From Candidatus Daviesbacteria bacterium GW2011_GWA1_41_61 (GTDB taxonomy: Bacteria; Patescibacteriota; Microgenomatia; Daviesbacterales; UBA10151), in contig LCBT01000004.1 of NCBI GenBank assembly GCA_000997385.1, positions 8,002 through 72,001 on the forward strand: DNA of 64,000 nucleotides, read 5' to 3'. A program made the position numbers and the translations under genes. Shown piece by piece: positions 56,549-64,000 of the stretch. Every line of letters starts with the position of its first letter. The first letter of the stretch is position 1. The notes beneath the pieces are model-generated. The model saw nothing but the letters and a program-made list of their open reading frames with translations. It was not told the origin of the DNA and ran no database searches.

Positions 56549-57035
56549 GGTTTATGGTAAACACCTCGGTCGTGATAAAAATCAACGGACAGCCCTCTTT
56601 AGGGGTTTAATTCGTAGTCTCTTTTTAAACGAAAGCATTATCACCACTTCTACTAAAGCCAAAGCTATCAAGGGTTTAGTAGACCGGTTAATTTCCAAAA
56701 GTATCAGCAATACTGAGGCTTCCAGAAGGGTAGTTTTATCAGTTCTTCCTCAACAGGAAGTCAGCAGTAAACTTTTCAAAGAGATTGCTCCCCGATATAA
56801 AAACCGCACCTCAGGGTTTACCAATATCGTCAAATTAGGACAACGGGCTGGTGACGGGGCCCTGAAGGTCAGAATGAGTTTGGTAGAAGGGGATAGGGAA
56901 ATAAGCAGTAAGGGAAAAGTAGCACGTATTAAGGGAGAAGAGAAAGAGGCAGTTGCGGAAAAAGTTTCAGTAAAGGAAATTTCTAAAGAAGAGAAAAAGA
57001 CCAAATCTAAAAAAGGAAAAATCACCAGGGGATAA
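56538..57035 (+). CDS. rplQ: 50S ribosomal protein L17 with Lys/Glu-rich C-terminal extension
   Basis: L17 core + about 50-aa charged tail. Confidence 0.9.
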   Translation: MRHRVYGKHLGRDKNQRTALFRGLIRSLFLNESIITTSTKAKAIKGLVDRLISKSISNTEASRRVVLSVLPQQEVSSKLFKEIAPRYKNRTSGFTNIVKLGQRAGDGALKVRMSLVEGDREISSKGKVARIKGEEKEAVAEKVSVKEISKEEKKTKSKKGKITRG

Positions 57036-57044
57036 ATTCAATTT

Positions 57045-57476
57045 ATGTCTACTAATAAAGTTTCAGCTAAAGATATTCAAAGACAATGGCATTTGATTGA
57101 TGCTAAAAATAAAATTTTAGGCAGGTTAGCCACAGAGGTGGCAACGCTTTTAATGGGTAAAGGTAGGCCTAACTATGTGCCCTATTTGGACATGGGTGAC
57201 AATATAGTAGTGATAAATGCTGGTAAAATAAAGGTTACAGGAAGAAAAGAACAACAGAAAAAATACGTCAGACACTCCGGCTACCCTGGAGGGCTTAAAG
57301 AGGAAACCCTAGAAGGTTTGCGGACAAGAAAACCAGAAGAGGTTGTTATTCATGCTATTTCTGGTATGATACCTAAAAGCAAATTAGGCCGGCAGATAAT
57401 TAAAAAGCTACATGTTTACTCTGGATCAGAGCATCCTTTTAAAAAGGAACTAAAGGAGGAAAAAGGAGATGAATGA
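57045..57476 (+). CDS. rplM: 50S ribosomal protein L13
   Basis: 143 aa. Confidence 0.95.
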   Translation: MSTNKVSAKDIQRQWHLIDAKNKILGRLATEVATLLMGKGRPNYVPYLDMGDNIVVINAGKIKVTGRKEQQKKYVRHSGYPGGLKEETLEGLRTRKPEEVVIHAISGMIPKSKLGRQIIKKLHVYSGSEHPFKKELKEEKGDE

Positions 57477-57867
57477 CTCTAAGGGGGCTCAAGGCATTGG
57501 TAGAAGGAAAGAGGCAGTAGCCCGGGTAAGAGTTTTGGAGGGTAACAGTCCAATTATAGTTAATGGGAGACCTATCTCAGAAGTTTTTCGAGGCATAGTC
57601 TATCAAAAGGCTTATCAAAGACCATTTGAGATAACCAAAACTTTGGGTAAATATACTGCCACTGTCAAAATCAAAGGTGGAGGGGTCGTTTCACAGCTTG
57701 GGGCTTTGGCCCATGGGGTGGCCAGATCTTTGGCGAAGATTTCCCCACAATACCGTTTGCTTTTAAAACAAGCTGGGTTATTAACCCGGGATCCCAGAGT
57801 TAAAGAGAGAAGAAAATACGGTCTAGCCCACAAAGCCAGAGCCAAAAAGCAATCTCCAAAGAGATAA
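57469..57867 (+). CDS. rpsI: 30S ribosomal protein S9
   Basis: 132 aa. Confidence 0.95.
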   Translation: MNDSKGAQGIGRRKEAVARVRVLEGNSPIIVNGRPISEVFRGIVYQKAYQRPFEITKTLGKYTATVKIKGGGVVSQLGALAHGVARSLAKISPQYRLLLKQAGLLTRDPRVKERRKYGLAHKARAKKQSPKR

Positions 57868-57882
57868 TATCCTAGAGTAGTT

Positions 57883-57911
57883 GACAAGGGGGTATTATTC
57901 TGTTATACTTT
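57883..57911 (+). promoter_or_regulatory. sigma70-like promoter TTGACA-17-TATACT with short leader
   Basis: ttgaca agggggtattattctgt tatact ttaccttc ATG. Confidence 0.5.
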
Positions 57912-57917
57912 ACCTTC

Positions 57918-58331
57918 ATGAAAATAAAATTAATTTTGAGCTTATTTTTACTTCTCTTGGGAGGAATTGTTTTATCCCAACAGATTAAAACTGTGGTAGC
58001 TCAGCAAACAGAAAATACCAACACCTCTGCTATTACCAGTCCTATAAGTTATTTTGCTGTAAGTGGTCAAGTTACCTATAAAGCCTTTGGTAAAATTATT
58101 CCTGCTGGGAATGTCTGGGTTAGAATTAATAGAATCGAATCAGGCAGCTGGTATTATGTTAGCACTAACTCTCAAGGCTATTATTCTGCCTTGGTCAGAA
58201 GTGGAAACTATGTTATTAGTGCTATTGATTCTTTAGGCACCCAATTTAAGCCTTCTTCCCGTTTTGTTACCGTCTCTGATAGTAATATAGACAACATTTC
58301 ATTTCAGGGCAGACTCCAGACTAAAAAATAA
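57918..58331 (+). CDS. secreted carboxypeptidase-regulatory-like (transthyretin-fold) domain protein
   Basis: Signal peptide; VSGQVTYKAFGKIIPAGNVWV...GYYSALVRSGNYVISA pattern of CarbopepD_reg-like domains. Confidence 0.55.
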   Translation: MKIKLILSLFLLLLGGIVLSQQIKTVVAQQTENTNTSAITSPISYFAVSGQVTYKAFGKIIPAGNVWVRINRIESGSWYYVSTNSQGYYSALVRSGNYVISAIDSLGTQFKPSSRFVTVSDSNIDNISFQGRLQTKK

Positions 58332-58351
58332 TCTGTTAAGATTAAAGCAGG

Positions 58352-59476
58352 GTGATTAAATATTTAACCTTTTTCCTTTTGTTTGGACTTCCCTTTATAG
58401 TTTTACCTTTTGGAGCTTCACCTTTTGAGATTCCTAAAGTTTTCCTAGCCGAGATAACTATTATTCTACTGACTCTTATCTGGATTTTTCAAAAAAACCA
58501 TACCTGGAAAAGTTTTTCCCTAAAAGAATGGTGGCCTTTTGCAGTATTAATTCTTTTAGGTTTAACCCACCTGATCTTTTTAAACACCCCTACAACCTTT
58601 TTTGGTAATACTTTTAGACTGCAAGGAGTTTTTTTGTTGTGGAATTTACTTATCTTTGCTTACCTTGCTTTACCAGTTAAGACAAATAAAATTCCCTTTT
58701 ACCTGCCGCTACTTGCTTTGGTTGGGTTAGTTGGGAGTTCTTTTTTGGTTTCTGGCAATGAAGTTAGTAGAGGAGTGGGAACTTTAGGAGAGCCTAATTC
58801 TTTAGCTGCTGCAGGAATTTTTCTTTGGTCCTTTCTATTTTTTAGTCAGAGTAAATTGATCTGGAGATTGATTGGGCCTATTTTGGCTCTGGCGCTAGTA
58901 TTTGCCTCCGGATCACGTTCAGGACTGGTGGCTTTGGGCCTGCAAATTTTTTTTCTGTTCCTGATAAAATTCATCAAGTTATCTCACCTTAAATCGCTGA
59001 TAACAACTCTTTGTCTTTTAATCTTGAGCTGGTCTCTGTCATTGATAGAAGGAGGGGGGTGGTTTGAAAATAGAGCTGAGATTTGGCAGACAGCTGCCCT
59101 TTCTGGACTAGAAAGTCCTCTTTTGGGTCATGGATTGGGTAACATTGAGCAGTCTTTAAAAGAGACTTCCCAACTGCTAAATAACAATATCCGGTATCAG
59201 TATGTGGACAGCGCCCACAACTTTCTATTAGATTATTGGGTCCAAGGTGGAATTGTTGGTATAGCAGTAATCATTTGGTTGCTAGGTCAAACCTTTAAGA
59301 AATTCAGTTCTCAGAGGAAAAATTTAGAAGCTGCTTCATTAATAGGTCTTTTAACGATGATGTCATTTAACCCAATGAGTGTGGTAATTTTAATCTACTT
59401 TTGGTGGCTGATAGGACAAGGATTGGTAAAAAAGGAGGAAGTCTATCTCTATGATGCTAGTGACCCCAGATCTTGA
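58352..59476 (+). CDS. O-antigen ligase / Wzy_C-family polytopic membrane protein
   Basis: About 10 TM helices with the family-typical loop ...FASGSRSGLVALGLQIFFL... Confidence 0.6.
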   Translation: MIKYLTFFLLFGLPFIVLPFGASPFEIPKVFLAEITIILLTLIWIFQKNHTWKSFSLKEWWPFAVLILLGLTHLIFLNTPTTFFGNTFRLQGVFLLWNLLIFAYLALPVKTNKIPFYLPLLALVGLVGSSFLVSGNEVSRGVGTLGEPNSLAAAGIFLWSFLFFSQSKLIWRLIGPILALALVFASGSRSGLVALGLQIFFLFLIKFIKLSHLKSLITTLCLLILSWSLSLIEGGGWFENRAEIWQTAALSGLESPLLGHGLGNIEQSLKETSQLLNNNIRYQYVDSAHNFLLDYWVQGGIVGIAVIIWLLGQTFKKFSSQRKNLEAASLIGLLTMMSFNPMSVVILIYFWWLIGQGLVKKEEVYLYDASDPRS

Positions 59477-59521
59477 CATTTTGTTTGGTTGATATATCCT
59501 AGATTATAGGGGGTGAGGAAG

Positions 59522-59563
59522 ATGGCTCGAAAAGCTAAGAAATCTAAAAAGAGTAAGAAATAG
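59522..59563 (+). other. 13-codon Lys-rich mini-ORF (MARKAKKSKKSKK) with strong SD
   Basis: tagggggtgaggaag ATG; SD identical to that of the 13995 gene; TTGACA at 59473. Confidence 0.2.
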
Positions 59564-59582
59564 TGTAACCTAATGGTTATAA

Positions 59583-60920
59583 CTAAGTTAATTTGGGATC
59601 GTTAATAATCCCCATAAATAAAATGGTTTCTAAGCGGTTATCCCTGACGGCAAAGAAAAAAGGTTTATTAATTTGTATAGAAAATGGTTTGGCTGCTTTA
59701 TCAGGGGTTTGCATACTACTAACACCGGAAGCATTTATCCCTTCTTCACTGACCTCAATATAAGTTTTCTGTTTGACTGTACTAAGATATATATCTTTAG
59801 CTAGGTTATCAAAATTAGCCTTGGCCCCAAAAGCTATCCCCATCCCTAAGTTAATCAGAGGATTCTTTAACTCTTTCTCATATTCCATTTTAAATTTAGG
59901 TAAAATAATTGTCCCTTCTGTTTCCCTAAATTCTTCCATCCACCCATTCCAACTTTGAGCACTTAAAGTGGCAGTAAACTGTTTTAACCCATATTTGGGT
60001 AAAAAAAGATACATACTAAACCTACCCTCTTGCCCATAAGGGAGATCTATGGCCTGAAAATCATCATTTTCTAAATATTTAAAGGTCCCTTTTTGCTCCA
60101 TCATCGGATGTTGCTTTTTTAATTTATTGGCTGCAGTGAAGTCTTGATCTTTGGTTAGTTTTTTATCAAACTCCTTTGTCCAGATTCCTTTAAAATAAAC
60201 AGCATTAATAAGATATAAAACAGTATTTTTAGGAAATGGAGAGCTGACAATTTGGGCAATTTTGTTTTTAGTGTTTTCTTTTACCCAATTATTAATAGTG
60301 GCAGCAGCATTTGGTTGAGTAAAATCTAAATTTTTGACTTGAGCCTGGTAGTATTTTTGGTTGGTATCTATAAAATCTTGATTAAACTTTATATCCTTCT
60401 TTCCCCAAATAGAGTTAGCAACAGAGATTTCTACTTTAGGGTCAGTACTTTTTAAAATATTTAACAGATCCTGGTTGTTTTTGTTCAAATCTTCTTTAAA
60501 AATATCTTGAATATTTAAAGTTTGGGTTAGGGCATCTTTGGTTTGGTCTAAAGCTCCTTGGTAAACCATGGAAAGGGCTAAAGAGATGCCCGAGGGGGAA
60601 ATAAAGATATTTTTTAAAGAGTCAACTTTGACAAGTTCTTGGAAAAGTTTAAAGCTAAAGTTATTTTGAGCCGAGACAAATTTTTGGTCTAACCCAGGAG
60701 GCAATAATGGGGGAGTAGGATCCTTCTTTATCTGGGTTACTCCGGGTTGGGATTTCGGAGTGATTGGCTTATGTTTAGGAATAGAGGAGAGTTTGTTGAC
60801 TAAAGAAGGATGGTTGGCTTTAAGATAAAAAGCCCCTCCTACTATGGAGGCAGAGGTAATAAATAGACCAACGATAAAAAGAATCAAGGCAAAACCCGTC
60901 TGGTATTTGGGCAGATCCAC
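59583..60920 (-). CDS. membrane-anchored serpin (serine protease inhibitor)
   Basis: Serpin hinge/RCL SEEGINASGVSSMQTPDK and C-terminal FFFAVRDNRLETILFMGIINDP signature; N-terminal TM anchor + Pro-rich linker. Confidence 0.8.
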   Translation of the reverse strand: MDLPKYQTGFALILFIVGLFITSASIVGGAFYLKANHPSLVNKLSSIPKHKPITPKSQPGVTQIKKDPTPPLLPPGLDQKFVSAQNNFSFKLFQELVKVDSLKNIFISPSGISLALSMVYQGALDQTKDALTQTLNIQDIFKEDLNKNNQDLLNILKSTDPKVEISVANSIWGKKDIKFNQDFIDTNQKYYQAQVKNLDFTQPNAAATINNWVKENTKNKIAQIVSSPFPKNTVLYLINAVYFKGIWTKEFDKKLTKDQDFTAANKLKKQHPMMEQKGTFKYLENDDFQAIDLPYGQEGRFSMYLFLPKYGLKQFTATLSAQSWNGWMEEFRETEGTIILPKFKMEYEKELKNPLINLGMGIAFGAKANFDNLAKDIYLSTVKQKTYIEVSEEGINASGVSSMQTPDKAAKPFSIQINKPFFFAVRDNRLETILFMGIINDPKLT

Positions 60921-61034
60921 AGATTTATTATAACAAAAAGAGCTAAATTAATACATTTTCCTTACCAAACATTTATCAAAGTTTACTATTTTCTGTATAT
61001 CTTGAAAGAATAATATGCGGGGAGTTTATCGAGT

Positions 61035-61505
61035 ATGAAATTGACAAGTACTGCTTTTTTAAATGGGGAGATTATTCCTATCGAGTATACCTGTGATGGT
61101 GATGATACTAACCCTCTTTTAACCATGATCGAAGTTCCTCCTGAGGCAGTTAGTCTAGCCTTGATTGTGGATGACCCTGATGCCCCCGAGGGGACTTTTA
61201 CTCATTGGCTGGTGTGGAATATTGATCCTATTATTGAGGAAATTGAGGAGGGAGAGATTCCAACTGGAGCGGAAGTGGGTTTAAACAGTGCCGGCATGCG
61301 CTCCTATACAGGTCCCTGTCCGCCTTCCGGACAACACCGTTATTTTTTTAAACTGTATGCTTTAGACAGTGAGTTGGACGTTTCCATAAGTGCACAAAGA
61401 GAAGAGATAGATAAGGCGATGGAGCCTCATATCATTGCCCGGGCAGAGCTCTTGGGAATCTATGGACGGGGAGAAGAAGGTGAGTTTAACTCGGAGGAGG
61501 TGTGA
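61035..61505 (+). CDS. PEBP/YbhB-family (Raf kinase inhibitor-like) protein
   Basis: DPDAPEGTFTHWLVWNI and GPCPPSGQHRYFFKLYALD family motifs. Confidence 0.8.
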   Translation: MKLTSTAFLNGEIIPIEYTCDGDDTNPLLTMIEVPPEAVSLALIVDDPDAPEGTFTHWLVWNIDPIIEEIEEGEIPTGAEVGLNSAGMRSYTGPCPPSGQHRYFFKLYALDSELDVSISAQREEIDKAMEPHIIARAELLGIYGRGEEGEFNSEEV

Positions 61506-61517
61506 TATCATATTGAT

Positions 61518-61715
61518 ATGAAAACAGGTAAATTATACCGTAGCAAAAATGACCGGTTGATGGCAGGTGTTTTTGGGGGGCTCGGCCACTATTTGAATGT
61601 TGATTCCACCATTTTACGTTTAGCTTGGGTATTAATAACTGTCTTTACCGGTTTTGTCCCAGGGGTAATTGCCTATATTTTGGCAGCAGTGGTCATCCCT
61701 CCTGAGGAGAAATAA
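61518..61715 (+). CDS. PspC-domain small membrane protein
   Basis: LYRSKNDRLMAGVFGGLGHYLNVDSTILRLAWVL + TM. Confidence 0.7.
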   Translation: MKTGKLYRSKNDRLMAGVFGGLGHYLNVDSTILRLAWVLITVFTGFVPGVIAYILAAVVIPPEEK

Positions 61716-61826
61716 TCATATTGCCGTGTCCAAAGAATCCGAAGACACTGTCCTTCTGATCGATGATGATGGGGATTGTTGTGAACTTGTAAAGACCCCG
61801 TCTTAACTCCCTGAATATGTTAATAT

Positions 61827-62471
61827 ATGGATATGGAAGCAGATTTAGGGAAACAGCCAGGAGCAACAACTTCTCCGCTTGAACAGATTGATCGGACCCC
61901 TATATATACTGCAGGAGGGAGAAGAAATAAGTTAGACATAGTAAGGAGATTATTTGAGCAGTTATGGGGGAAGGGAGAGGAAAGACCTCGGGTCCAGATG
62001 TCAAGAGAGGACTATTTAGACCAGCTAAGGGAATGGTCTTTGGCAAACTATGCTAATGTCCTGGCAATTATAAAAGATTTGGAAAATAGAGATGTACCCA
62101 TAGGTGGTAGCCTAGTAGCTATTGGTAGTAGCGTAGTAGAGAGTGTAGAAAAGTTAAAAGGTAGATATGTGAAGGACATTGATTTAAAGGTACTAGCAGA
62201 CAGAACTTCTTTGACTGATAAAGTTAATCAGGCAGTCATAGAAATTATTAAAGGTAATGGGAAATTTAGTGTTAAGCCCAATCGATCTAGAGTTACCAAC
62301 AGATTAAACGATTTAAGAGATTCACTGTCTCTTCAACCTCTTCAAAAACCTAAGGGAGAAGGAGCTGTCACCCCGGTACATGTAATTCTGTTTGACTCTG
62401 AATGGGATGAAGATGCTGGCTATTATCTAACTCATGAAAAGAGAAAATTTGTCCTACTTTGTAGATTCTAG
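61827..62471 (+). CDS. hypothetical protein, possible minimal nucleotidyltransferase fold
   Basis: IGGSLVAIGS...YVKDIDLKV resembles hG[GS]x9-13[DE]h[DE]h of Pol-beta-type NTases; weak. Confidence 0.35.
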   Translation: MDMEADLGKQPGATTSPLEQIDRTPIYTAGGRRNKLDIVRRLFEQLWGKGEERPRVQMSREDYLDQLREWSLANYANVLAIIKDLENRDVPIGGSLVAIGSSVVESVEKLKGRYVKDIDLKVLADRTSLTDKVNQAVIEIIKGNGKFSVKPNRSRVTNRLNDLRDSLSLQPLQKPKGEGAVTPVHVILFDSEWDEDAGYYLTHEKRKFVLLCRF

Positions 62472-62498
62472 CAAAAAGAAAGTTTTTATCTGTACAAC

Positions 62499-63773
62499 TT
62501 AATCTCCGGCTGTCATATCCATCAGGGAGGCAGCAGACCAGGCCTGGTGACGGCATCCAGTTTGTCCATAAGGAGAAAGATATTCCACAAAACCAGTCTG
62601 ATCTTTGATATAAAGTTCAATAGGACAACCAAAATGAATGATGGGTAAAAGCGAGGCCTCTTTTAGTCTTTGAGCCTCATCAAAGTAACCGAAGTTTTCC
62701 AAACCCTCAACAATTAAACCATTGAGCATGGGCCAAAAACTGCCGTTGTGATATGAGTCCCGGTTAGGGTTAAACGTAGGTGAGGTAGAGCTCATGGTTC
62801 TTATCCCCGCATCTGTCACAAATAAGTCATCCTGAAAAGCTCTCTTTACAAAATCATCGATCAATTTTTGATCTAAGATTGATTCTGTTTGTTTGTCTTC
62901 TTGGAAGCTCGCCCAAAGGGTCAGTAGTGGATTGGCTGTAATAGTCGTAAGCTGCTTTTTCTTCCCGTCCAGAGCTTGAACACCGTAATATAATCCTTGA
63001 TTTTGGAAGATAAATTTGGCGTTGAAAATCTTTTTCATTTTATCTGCAAAGTCCAAAATTTTTTGGGCAAAAGTGGGAGAATGAAATGAATAAAATTGTC
63101 CCCAATACTTTAAAGCTAGCCAACTGAAAGCTTGTACTTCTATTGGAGCAATAGGATACCTAGGAAATTTTCCATTTGGTTTGATGATTGATTGATGAGA
63201 ATCTGTCCAAGAGTGAACGGTCAGTCCTCCATATTTTCGAGATTTAGGGAGACTATATTCGACTAAGAAGTCATTGTCAACATCTCCAAATTTGAGTATC
63301 CAGTTTAGCCCTGTTTCCACTGATGGAAGAACCGTCATCAGAAACTCATTATCCTCAGTTGTCTGCCAATATTTATAAAGGGCAATTAAAGTTAGAGGTG
63401 TTGAATCGATACTATCATAGTTTCGTAAGAGCCCGTCAGGATAGACAAACCAAGGTTTGTTTCCTTTAAGCAGGTGTTCATAACGGTTTTTACGAAACTC
63501 ATGGATAATCTTCCCTGGTTCCTCTCCGCTTTCAAGATTAAATTCTTTTCCTTGTAGAGAGACTAAATCCAGCAACGTTTTCTTAGAGATCTCCAGAAGC
63601 AAAGGAAGGGGTTTTTTGCGGTGAGCTTTTAAGACCTTGAGAACAGTAATGGCACTGTCTCGGCCAAAGGTACACCCAAAAGCTTCCTCTCGGCCCGAGG
63701 CGTTGATGCCCTCCTCCGTGACTAGATCGAGAAGACACTTGTATGCTAGCTGAAAAAGATGTTGTTTATCCAT
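62499..63773 (-). CDS. amylo-alpha-1,6-glucosidase / glycogen-debranching-enzyme-like (alpha/alpha)6 glycoside hydrolase
   Basis: EPGKIIHE and YHNGSFWP motifs typical of GDE_C-type six-hairpin glycosidases. Confidence 0.7.
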   Translation of the reverse strand: MDKQHLFQLAYKCLLDLVTEEGINASGREEAFGCTFGRDSAITVLKVLKAHRKKPLPLLLEISKKTLLDLVSLQGKEFNLESGEEPGKIIHEFRKNRYEHLLKGNKPWFVYPDGLLRNYDSIDSTPLTLIALYKYWQTTEDNEFLMTVLPSVETGLNWILKFGDVDNDFLVEYSLPKSRKYGGLTVHSWTDSHQSIIKPNGKFPRYPIAPIEVQAFSWLALKYWGQFYSFHSPTFAQKILDFADKMKKIFNAKFIFQNQGLYYGVQALDGKKKQLTTITANPLLTLWASFQEDKQTESILDQKLIDDFVKRAFQDDLFVTDAGIRTMSSTSPTFNPNRDSYHNGSFWPMLNGLIVEGLENFGYFDEAQRLKEASLLPIIHFGCPIELYIKDQTGFVEYLSPYGQTGCRHQAWSAASLMDMTAGD

Positions 63774-63844
63774 CGGCAGTTTTAGATGAGGTGAAAGTTT
63801 ATCACAGTGGAAATGGATAACAAGGGGTATTTAAACTATAAGAT

Positions 63845-64000
63845 TTAGTGAGTCAGTGAAGAGGAAACAAAAACCGCTGGTGTCCTGTCCTTAACAGCTA
63901 ATTTTTTTTCTTGAAGGATTTTCCAGTAGATTTGTTCGTAGCTGTCAGCCATTTTTTGAGCACTGAAATTTTCCAAAGCATATTTTCTGCATTGAGCCCG
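63845..64000 (-). CDS. glycosyltransferase family 1 (C-terminal end, partial; gene runs off window)
   Basis: Reverse-strand translation ...RAQCRKYALENFSAQKMADSYEQIYWKILQEK* resembles GT1 C-terminus. Confidence 0.5.
   Translation of the reverse strand, partial: RAQCRKYALENFSAQKMADSYEQIYWKILQEKKLAVKDRTPAVFVSSSLTH

Overview
The gene content and order look like a streamlined Gram-positive-like bacterium with reduced ribosomal proteins, probably Candidate Phyla Radiation (Patescibacteria); this placement is an inference. Supporting signs are low GC, no L30 gene between rpsE and rplO, many ribosomal proteins with tails, and compact AlaRS and Adk.

Gene layout along the window:
- 1-26 kb, housekeeping: a GntR-type regulator, a DUF433/DUF5615 toxin-antitoxin-like pair, pnp, a Lon-like AAA+ protein with no protease domain, RNase J, ftsK, a rodZ-like gene, alaS, a histidine kinase / GAF / GAF / receiver cluster, an FtsA/PilM-like membrane fusion protein, ruvX and mltG.
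- 21.7-26 kb, secreted or surface proteins: a 1041-aa right-handed beta-helix protein with a Pro/Thr linker and two C-terminal carbohydrate-binding-like repeats, plus two smaller secreted or membrane-anchored proteins.
- 26-58 kb, ribosomal/transcription superoperon: rpoB-rpoC-rpsL-rpsG-(Gre N-domain miniprotein)-fusA-[island]-tuf-rpsJ-rplC-rplD-rplW-rplB-rpsS-rplV-rpsC-rplP-rpmC-rpsQ-rplN-rplX-rplE-rpsZ-rpsH-rplF-rplR-rpsE-rplO-secY-adk-map-infA-rpmJ-rpsM-rpsK-rpsD-rpoA-rplQ-rplM-rpsI.
- 58-64 kb, envelope and other genes: a CarbopepD_reg-like secreted protein, an O-antigen-ligase-like membrane protein, a membrane-anchored serpin divergent from a PEBP/YbhB protein, a PspC-domain protein, a glycogen-debranching-like GH, and a partial GT1 glycosyltransferase.

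The most unusual locus is a 3.3-kb non-ribosomal island wedged between fusA and tuf (36830-40159).
- Its left part is bracketed by a 30-bp direct repeat (29/30 identical) that duplicates the 3' end of fusA. That part carries a minus-strand SF2 (DEVH) helicase with three C-terminal about 80-aa repeats.
- Outside the repeat there is a promoter carrying a CGTACG dyad, then a translationally coupled Phd/YefM-like gene and a DUF218/YdcF-like gene, then tandem terminator hairpins.

A second notable gene is a 77-aa protein between rpsG and fusA. It is only the N-terminal coiled-coil of a Gre factor, with the acidic tip D-L-x-E-N-A conserved.

No rRNA, tRNA or CRISPR arrays were found in this window.
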